Shown in pieces: positions 56,986 through 63,612 of a stretch of DNA of 63,612 bases (positions are counted from its first letter, which is position 1; every line of letters begins with the position of its first letter). The DNA comes from a virus (lineage: Duplodnaviria; Caudoviricetes): positions 1 through 63,612 of the IMG/VR virus record IMGVR_UViG_3300037485_001761; one strand, written 5' to 3'. The position numbers and the translations under genes are program-made. Under the pieces are notes generated by a model. That model had not been told where the DNA came from. It did not search any database and was given only the letters and a program-made list of their open reading frames with translations.

Positions 56986-57222
56986 ATGGCAATCGCAGAC
57001 TTTTGGTTTCACCACGACGAAGCAGTCGCGGGGAGCCAGGATAAAAAGAAAGTTTTGGCAAAGGTGAAAAAGAGCAAGTTGCGAGATTACCTTGGCCCCA
57101 CTTCGGCTCCGGCGGCGTTACCCTCGGCTCACGAAATTCGGCTAAAAGTAATGGCTCCGAAAAAAGAAGAGAAGAAACCAACTAAGAAATCCACCAAAGA
57201 CAAGATACTCTACAAGGCATAA
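56986..57222 (+). CDS. Small basic hypothetical protein
   Basis: GGAG RBS; immediately upstream of terL. Confidence 0.6.
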   Translation: MAIADFWFHHDEAVAGSQDKKKVLAKVKKSKLRDYLGPTSAPAALPSAHEIRLKVMAPKKEEKKPTKKSTKDKILYKA

Positions 57223-57223
57223 A

Positions 57224-58762
57224 ATGGCATTAGATAAGGACAAGATAGCCTTAATTGAGCAAATTCAGGAAGAATCTATCAACCAGCGAAACCGTTTGGT
57301 GGACTCTTTCATACCTGACAATCCGAAAGCCAAGCCTTTCCCTGCTCAAATCGCCTTTTTGAAGGACAAAAGCCTGTCCAAACTCGCTCGTTGTGGTAAC
57401 CGAGCGGCTAAAACCTTTACTGCCATGCGAGATCTCGCGTGGAAACTTACAAAAACTCACTGGTATCGACAGGATTACAACGTATTTCAAATCCACGACA
57501 AGCGTTGGATGGAAAAAGCGAAGACGGTCGAGCTTGAAACCAGATACTTTAGAACAAAATCAGAGATTCACTGGATTGTTGGCCCGACTTATGAATTCGT
57601 CAACGGTGTGATGTGGACTCAATACCTCGAAAAGATGATTCCTGCTTGGTATATCATGGATATAAAGAAAACCAACCAAGGAAATATCGAATCCGTTATC
57701 TTTAAGAATGGTGACGTTCTCAAGTTTAAAACTTATGCACAGCAAGAAACCACGAAGATGGGTTTCGCGGTAAACAGTGTCTATATCGACGAAATGCCTT
57801 CTGATTACCAGACAATTACGGAACTAATTGTCCGAACTTTTGACTTAGATGGAAGCATTACGTTAAGTTTTACGTCTCTCGTTGAAAACGACGATATTGT
57901 AAAATATCTTGACTCTTCCTGCAATAGCGGGACGATGAGCTTCCATAATTGGGGCATTTACGACAATCCCCATTACTCTGAAAATCCTGAAAGAATGAAA
58001 CGGGTGTTGGCGGAATACGCGAACATGCCAGAGAATGAAAGAAACGCCCGTCTTTACGGCACATGGTTCGTCAAAACTCCCGACAAAGCGGTATTTGAAG
58101 GAATTGAACCGGAGATTGTACGGGATTTTCCCATCCCGGAAACGTGGAGAAGAGTAAGGTACACCGACCCGGCGAGTCACGTAACTGGGCACTGTGAATT
58201 TGCCGAAGACCCGGCAACCGGCGAGTGGTATTGTTACTTAGCCAAAGAGTTAACGTGGGGTCACATCGTTAAAGCGTCCGATATTATGGACGCGATAGAG
58301 AAGTTTAAGCCTTTTCCTAGCTACAGATACCATGAAAGTGTTTATGATAACGCTGAAGCTTGGTTCGGAGCGGAGACTAAAAACAAGGGCTACCGTTCTT
58401 GCATTCTCAAGAATAGAGAAGCCGCCATCATGGCTACCCGTGAATCAGTAGGCTCAAAAAGAGTTAAATTCTTTGAAACCGGAGCGGCCTTACTGTTAGT
58501 TCAGCTTAGAGAGTATAAATTTAAAAAAGATGGATTCGGAGTGGTTAAAAAGAAAGACCACATGCTGGATTGCCTTATGTATTTCAGTAGAGAAATCCCT
58601 AAAAGGATTCCAGTGAATCCAGATTACCAAACGCTTATGCAGCAAGCGATAGCAAACATTCACGCCAATGCCGAAAATATCCCGAAAAAGCAACACTTTG
58701 TGAAAACATTACACACACCTTTTTTCAGTAGATTACCAGTATATAGACGAGGAGTTAGATAG
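57224..58762 (+). CDS. terL: Terminase large subunit
   Basis: AQ..F, GNRAAKT Walker A, VYIDE Walker B, ARLYG.W, TDPA and DHMLDC nuclease motifs. Confidence 0.9.
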   Translation: MALDKDKIALIEQIQEESINQRNRLVDSFIPDNPKAKPFPAQIAFLKDKSLSKLARCGNRAAKTFTAMRDLAWKLTKTHWYRQDYNVFQIHDKRWMEKAKTVELETRYFRTKSEIHWIVGPTYEFVNGVMWTQYLEKMIPAWYIMDIKKTNQGNIESVIFKNGDVLKFKTYAQQETTKMGFAVNSVYIDEMPSDYQTITELIVRTFDLDGSITLSFTSLVENDDIVKYLDSSCNSGTMSFHNWGIYDNPHYSENPERMKRVLAEYANMPENERNARLYGTWFVKTPDKAVFEGIEPEIVRDFPIPETWRRVRYTDPASHVTGHCEFAEDPATGEWYCYLAKELTWGHIVKASDIMDAIEKFKPFPSYRYHESVYDNAEAWFGAETKNKGYRSCILKNREAAIMATRESVGSKRVKFFETGAALLLVQLREYKFKKDGFGVVKKKDHMLDCLMYFSREIPKRIPVNPDYQTLMQQAIANIHANAENIPKKQHFVKTLHTPFFSRLPVYRRGVR

Positions 58763-58763
58763 T

Positions 58764-59012
58764 ATGAGCGAGTACTTTATCATTGGATTATTAGCCCTGA
58801 ACACTATTATTGGATTTGTATCCTTTTATTACGTGGCTCAGTGGAAGAAAAGTCAGTCCCTCCAAGTATCCTACATGGCGGATAGGTTGGATGACTTGCA
58901 ACAGAAGATTGGAATTTTAGGCAAAGTATTAAAGATATTTGAAGACGAAACCCAAATATTACAAAGAAGAAATGAGCACACCATTAAACAACGATTTCGT
59001 CAACCGAGGTAA
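58764..59012 (+). CDS. Small membrane-anchored coiled-coil protein
   Basis: N-terminal TM helix. Confidence 0.6.
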   Translation: MSEYFIIGLLALNTIIGFVSFYYVAQWKKSQSLQVSYMADRLDDLQQKIGILGKVLKIFEDETQILQRRNEHTIKQRFRQPR

Positions 59013-59017
59013 TAATT

Positions 59018-61006
59018 ATGGCAAGGATACGGTTACTGTCAGATGATGAATACATAAAAATGCTAGCTTCGAAGTTTGACGAGTCTAAAAGGAAAATGGA
59101 CAAGCTAAAACCTGAATATGATATGGCGGAAGCCGCGTATCAGGCCATCTCTGCGCCCGCAGACCACGCGGGATTAGATACCGGGCTAGCCACGCAGGCG
59201 TTGTATTCTGGTAAAAATATGCAGCAAGAGATGCCAATGGTTGAAGGATTAGATTTGGCGAAGGCTATCTTATTCCTGCATTCCAAGCTCTGTATTTCTG
59301 ATCCGATTGTGCAATTTAATCCGAGAAAGCAAGACCCAGCTACTAAAAAAGCGGTGGAATGTGCTCAGAACTACCTACCATTCATGAAACAGAGAATGAA
59401 GTTGCAAGAAACCCTGGAATCAGGGCCATATCTTCACCTTTGTGTTCACGGTTCAGGAATTGTTTACAACGGATGGGACGCCGACGGCGGTGAAATGCCC
59501 TTAGATAACTTCCCGGAAGACCCGGTAGCGTTGGAACAAATGCTGCAAAAAGGCTTCAAGATGGAGGGGGATTACGATTTACGGAATGTCCATCCTCGTA
59601 AATTCTTTCCAGATGCTTCGGCGGATCATTGGCAAAACTGTGAAGATTGTTTTGAAGAATGGGAATTACCGTTTGAAGAAGCCATGTATCGCTTTGGTGG
59701 AACAGATCAGCAAAACATTTTGCGTGAATTCCACAAGGTACGCAACGATAGTGCCCAGGCAGAGGCGGATAAAAGTGTAAATCTTATCAAGCTTTACATT
59801 TACCATCAACGGGGCCGCCCTTGGAACGGATTTCTTGGCTCTCAATCTGTTTTCGTCGACCCAGAAGCTCCTCGATTACTGACAAGGAAAGCGAACCCGT
59901 TCACGCACAAGCGTTTACCTTATTCCGTCTACACCGACGTGGATATTCCTAACAACGTGATGGGGATGAGCCGAATTGTATACGGGTACCAGGCACAACT
60001 TTGCATCAATAACATTTTGTACCTTATCCACAAGAACATCGCGCTATTCGGCGGCAATAAAATGCTACTTCCTGAAGGAGCCGTAAACGATGACACGGTT
60101 AATAACTCCTTAGAAGGCGTGAGCTATTTCAACCCCACGACTGGTGGGAAACCTGAGCTAATTCGCCCCGCAAACGTCACAACTGACGTGTGGAGAGCCT
60201 ACGAAATTCAAAAAGCGTACATTAACAATATTTACGGGATGAATGAGTTCTCTCAAGGTCAAATCCCTCGTGAGTTATCCGCCTATGCCGTACAATCTGC
60301 GATGGAAATGGACGACAAATACAGAATCCGGCTGTTTAACAAAAAGAAACTGTTTTTGCGAGAGATATACTACCAGGGATTAGAGAATACCAAGCAATAT
60401 ATGACGGAACAACGTAGGTTAAATATTGTGGGCATCGAAAGCTTCACTAATGACGGGTACTTTAGTGCTTCCTCCTTAGTTGGAGATTACGATATTGACG
60501 TAGACTACGGCCCTTACTTGCCAGTCGACCCCGCTGCGCGAAAATCACAGTTGCTCGAATTTATCAAGAGTGGTTTCTACGAAAAAGCAGGCGGCAACAT
60601 GCGAAAAGCGGCATCACTGCTTATCGACGGCAGTATGTTAGATGTCAAACAAGATTTAGGGCAGTCCAACAAACGGCAGGAAGCGGAAATCGACAAAATA
60701 ATTAATGGAACTGCGGTAGTCATTCAACCTTGGGACGATGACGAGATGCACGCGGCTGCGGTAGAAGAATTCGCGCGGTCAGAAACCTTTGAATCGCTCC
60801 CCGTTGAAATAAAGAAAACAATATGGTCACATGGAGAGGCTCATGTAAAACGTATTGCCGAGAAAATTGCCAAAGGGCAACAGAAACCCCCCGTTCCTGG
60901 GCCACAAGGTAAACCTCCCATGGGGGCTGGCCCCGGGCAACCTGCACAGCCTCCGCCAAATTCACCACCCACACCGCTAGCACAACCTAGCGGGCCAACA
61001 ATCTAA
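59018..61006 (+). CDS. Portal protein (P22-like)
   Basis: 662 aa after terL; VHP..FFPD, NPF, SQGQ..S..A motifs; Pro/Gln-rich tail. Confidence 0.85.
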   Translation: MARIRLLSDDEYIKMLASKFDESKRKMDKLKPEYDMAEAAYQAISAPADHAGLDTGLATQALYSGKNMQQEMPMVEGLDLAKAILFLHSKLCISDPIVQFNPRKQDPATKKAVECAQNYLPFMKQRMKLQETLESGPYLHLCVHGSGIVYNGWDADGGEMPLDNFPEDPVALEQMLQKGFKMEGDYDLRNVHPRKFFPDASADHWQNCEDCFEEWELPFEEAMYRFGGTDQQNILREFHKVRNDSAQAEADKSVNLIKLYIYHQRGRPWNGFLGSQSVFVDPEAPRLLTRKANPFTHKRLPYSVYTDVDIPNNVMGMSRIVYGYQAQLCINNILYLIHKNIALFGGNKMLLPEGAVNDDTVNNSLEGVSYFNPTTGGKPELIRPANVTTDVWRAYEIQKAYINNIYGMNEFSQGQIPRELSAYAVQSAMEMDDKYRIRLFNKKKLFLREIYYQGLENTKQYMTEQRRLNIVGIESFTNDGYFSASSLVGDYDIDVDYGPYLPVDPAARKSQLLEFIKSGFYEKAGGNMRKAASLLIDGSMLDVKQDLGQSNKRQEAEIDKIINGTAVVIQPWDDDEMHAAAVEEFARSETFESLPVEIKKTIWSHGEAHVKRIAEKIAKGQQKPPVPGPQGKPPMGAGPGQPAQPPPNSPPTPLAQPSGPTI

Positions 61007-61020
61007 GGAGATAGCTTTTT

Positions 61021-62232
61021 ATGGCAGACAATTTCCAAACAGCTCCTCAAACTTCTGCACCCGCGCCCCAGACATCCTCGGCACCTGCGCCTCAGACGTC
61101 CTCGGCCCCGGTGAGATCTTCAGGAATAAAACAACCTGAAGGAGTTTACACTCCCGAAGATATTTTCTCGGAGTTTTCCAGGAAAATCGGATTGGAATCC
61201 GATATTTCGCAAGACTTTTCCAACGCAAAGAAGTATGAAGATAAGTCAATTCAAGATTTATACGACCACCTGGGAGATTCGGGAGATGAGCCGCCCGCCG
61301 CTACAGAGAAACCAGCGGCCCAAGAGAGCGATCCTCGCTTGCCGGGAACTTTGGATGAGTCTGAGGCGGCAGCGGATAAAGAATTTGCTTACGAATACAC
61401 GGGTAAAATTGGAGATGAAGAGAAACAAATCCAATTTAAAAGCCGTGAACAGATAGACCGAGCCATTACCAAAGCTTTAGTGGCAGAGAAAATCTACAAA
61501 CAGCATAAAGAGCTTCAAGCGCGAATTCCTGACCTCGAAGCAAGCCATGCTTACGCACAACGCATTGACGAAATGATTGAAAAGGAACCGTTAACTCTTC
61601 TCGACACAATCATGGAAGACCTTGACGATGAAACCGTTAAAGATTGGTTGATTGCCAAGGCAGATCACTATTCCCGACCCGTTAAAGACCGGGAAATTGA
61701 CCGTAAACTCCGCCAAGCTGACATCCTTCAAAAGAAACTAGACGCTCTTGAACAACGGGAAGCTCAATTAGAGCAACGCCGAACGGAATCCGCGGCGGAA
61801 GCTGACCGTCACACCGTCCAATCGTGGGGAGACGGTTTAATGGCTAAAGTCCGAACCCGCATTCCTGAGGAATATTTCCCTGTGATGAAGGATATTTTGC
61901 AAAGTTCTCTTATGGAAGGCCGTCAACGACGTGACGCGAAGGAAGCGGTCACCATTAAAACGTTGGACTCTATCTTTGCACGTCGCGCAAAACCAATTAT
62001 TGAGCTGATTAATGCAGCGAAAAAGGCGGGATCAGGCAAAACAATCCAGGCCGAGGTGGGCCGGGCTATCGACAGCAAGAAGCAAGAGGGATTAAATCGA
62101 GTTCAGCAAGCCGCCGCCAGCATGGGCCAACGACAACAGGCTACTAAACCCAATAAAGAGTTTAACGTGTCTGAAGTATTTGACGATTTGATTTCTGGAG
62201 TAGGAACAGGTCGCTATCGAATGAGAGAGTAA
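61021..62232 (+). CDS. Capsid scaffolding protein
   Basis: Follows portal; acidic disordered N-terminus with APQTS(S)AP x3; coiled coil. Confidence 0.65.
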   Translation: MADNFQTAPQTSAPAPQTSSAPAPQTSSAPVRSSGIKQPEGVYTPEDIFSEFSRKIGLESDISQDFSNAKKYEDKSIQDLYDHLGDSGDEPPAATEKPAAQESDPRLPGTLDESEAAADKEFAYEYTGKIGDEEKQIQFKSREQIDRAITKALVAEKIYKQHKELQARIPDLEASHAYAQRIDEMIEKEPLTLLDTIMEDLDDETVKDWLIAKADHYSRPVKDREIDRKLRQADILQKKLDALEQREAQLEQRRTESAAEADRHTVQSWGDGLMAKVRTRIPEEYFPVMKDILQSSLMEGRQRRDAKEAVTIKTLDSIFARRAKPIIELINAAKKAGSGKTIQAEVGRAIDSKKQEGLNRVQQAAASMGQRQQATKPNKEFNVSEVFDDLISGVGTGRYRMRE

Positions 62233-62323
62233 CTTTAGATTCTTGTCCTGAGTCAATCAGCCAGCTCAATTTTAAGCCGGCTAACATAAGAGGTGGTCTT
62301 ATTAAAGTTTTCGGGGTTTAATT

Positions 62324-62602
62324 TTAATCCTTCTCTTTATTAAATTTATCTATTTCCGCTTGAACGTATGTGACGAAAAGCAAAATTCCTTTCGCCGTCA
62401 ACTCGAAGCACGGAGTTTTCCCTCTCCGTGTCTCCCGCTCACTCGACGCCACGTGGCGTCGAGTAATTGACTCAGGACAAGCTTGAAGCATTCTCCGAAT
62501 GCTCCGAAGAAGTTCAGCGTGTCGAACTCCCAAGGCATCGGCTAACGTAACGGAGGAAACCGTCGAACCCGAATTAGACGGCAAACACATTAAATCTGTC
62601 AT
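62324..62602 (-). CDS. Rha-family regulatory protein (N-terminal domain only)
   Basis: VSS..LA..LG.RH..LLRSIR...G...PCFELT.KG. Confidence 0.8.
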   Translation of the reverse strand: MTDLMCLPSNSGSTVSSVTLADALGVRHAELLRSIRRMLQACPESITRRHVASSERETRRGKTPCFELTAKGILLFVTYVQAEIDKFNKEKD

Positions 62603-62696
62603 AACAATTTTCCTAATGATCGTATTTGGCTTTTTTCATCAGAACTGGTAGAAAGGAAGCAGCGGAGAGGCGCTCAAAAGACTATCCGCTAAATCC

Positions 62697-62725
62697 TCTT
62701 TACTCACTTCCCTGATCCAAGTCAA
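62697..62725 (-). promoter_or_regulatory. Promoter of rha-like gene, similar to the antirepressor promoters
   Basis: TTGACT-TGG..AAGTGAG-TAAAGA with 17-nt spacer. Confidence 0.5.
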
Positions 62726-62732
62726 CACACAG

Positions 62733-63374
62733 TCACCGACGAATCTCTACCACTACATCGAAGTCCCCGCAGTAGTAGAACATATCGGGTGTTAATCCTT
62801 TAGCCTGCATTATCTTTTTCTCGAATTCTTTAAACCGTTCTTCGTAATTAACAGCAACCCTAATCGCGTCACGCACTAACTCTACACACGAAACAGCTTC
62901 ATCATTCATCAAATCAAATAAAGTATCATAAGGTTTTCCGTAAAATTTTCTCGCTCTGTCCAGTGCTGTCGTCCAATCTTCACGGGTAAATCCTTTAGGC
63001 TTTAAGAGGACAACGGAGTCACAATCAAACACTTTCTCGAAAGGGGAGTAAATTACTCCTTTCCCTATCGCTTCAATAAACTTAAAATCCTCTAATCCGT
63101 TAATTCCGTCTTCGAGGTTCAAAAAAGCGTGTGTCCAATAACCGAGTTTTCCTCCTTTAAGGAGCCCGCCAAGACTGATTAAATAGGTGGTTAAATGCGT
63201 CTTCCTTCGCGTCAGTATCACGTAGTGATTATCTCTGCATAGCTTGGCTAAGTTAAACCAATCTGCCGTGGTGAGGTTGTAGGCTTTCCCATGACTGAAG
63301 AAAGCGTGAATCTTTCCCCAGGAAATGGGAGAAATAATCTTCAATGAAATAAACTTCCATAGAGCTTTTAACAC
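62733..63374 (-). CDS. Permuted papain-like NlpC/P60 enzyme (YiiX/YebB-like)
   Basis: YWTHA (His), IEA.G.GV, GKPYD..F, SCVELV (Cys) in His-before-Cys order. Confidence 0.85.
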   Translation of the reverse strand: MLKALWKFISLKIISPISWGKIHAFFSHGKAYNLTTADWFNLAKLCRDNHYVILTRRKTHLTTYLISLGGLLKGGKLGYWTHAFLNLEDGINGLEDFKFIEAIGKGVIYSPFEKVFDCDSVVLLKPKGFTREDWTTALDRARKFYGKPYDTLFDLMNDEAVSCVELVRDAIRVAVNYEERFKEFEKKIMQAKGLTPDMFYYCGDFDVVVEIRR

Positions 63375-63598
63375 TATTTCACCTCTGAAATAGCTTCGAA
63401 TAGTTTAGCTCTTTGTGGGGTAAGGGTTACCTTTTTCCCAGCAAAACATTCCGGCATGTGCTCTGCCATGCGTTTATTAGCATAGTTGTTAAGGATTGAA
63501 TATGCTTTCACTAAATCTGTTTTATTGTAATCAGCATAATGATAATACGTCATCCCGGAATTTTTGAACTGCGCGTGTATGGTTGGATTGCGTTGCAC
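63374..63598 (-). CDS. Hypothetical protein at window edge
   Basis: AAGGA upstream; stop overlaps next start. Confidence 0.5.
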   Translation of the reverse strand: MQRNPTIHAQFKNSGMTYYHYADYNKTDLVKAYSILNNYANKRMAEHMPECFAGKKVTLTPQRAKLFEAISEVK

Positions 63599-63612
63599 TT
63601 CTTCATATCCTT

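Noticed and set aside
62300-62330. Recurring GGGGTTTAA(A/T)T motif (also near 29799, 38828, and 49191 on the minus strand)
   Set aside because: Short and low complexity; two cases are explained as hairpins between convergent genes; significance cannot be judged without a scan
1-63612. Prophage boundaries, integrase, IS elements or stop-codon reassignment
   Set aside because: No host genes, att-like junction, recombinase or transposase seen; long ORFs tile the window under the standard code

Overview
The whole window is a tailed dsDNA bacteriophage (Caudoviricetes) genome segment with podovirus/P22-like organisation and no host genes. It contains a tail adaptor, a nozzle and giant internal-virion genes (2.8-24 kb), a dual-catalytic endolysin, RuvC, and a replication block (SF3 helicase, PolA, SSB-like, Cas4-like exonuclease, SNF2 helicase; 30-38 kb). 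These are followed by many small early genes (38-46.5 kb), a repeat-rich non-coding control/terminus region (46.5-47.6 kb), fibre/decoration genes (49-56 kb), and terminase-portal-scaffold (57-62 kb). No major capsid gene or integrase was recognised in the window. The main accessory system is a minus-strand operon at 25.8-28.0 kb: a sigma70 promoter drives three tandem Y-RNA-like ncRNAs (one a circularly permuted tRNA mimic of YrlA type), then a Ro60/TROVE gene coupled to a small Zn-finger gene. Other notable signals are an apparently eight-level nested (matryoshka) domain protein, antisense antirepressor cassettes with a covarying pseudoknot leader, minigenes formed by junction duplications, and four stacked tandem-repeat arrays with G-quadruplex potential. 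All calls come from reading motifs by eye; no searches were run.
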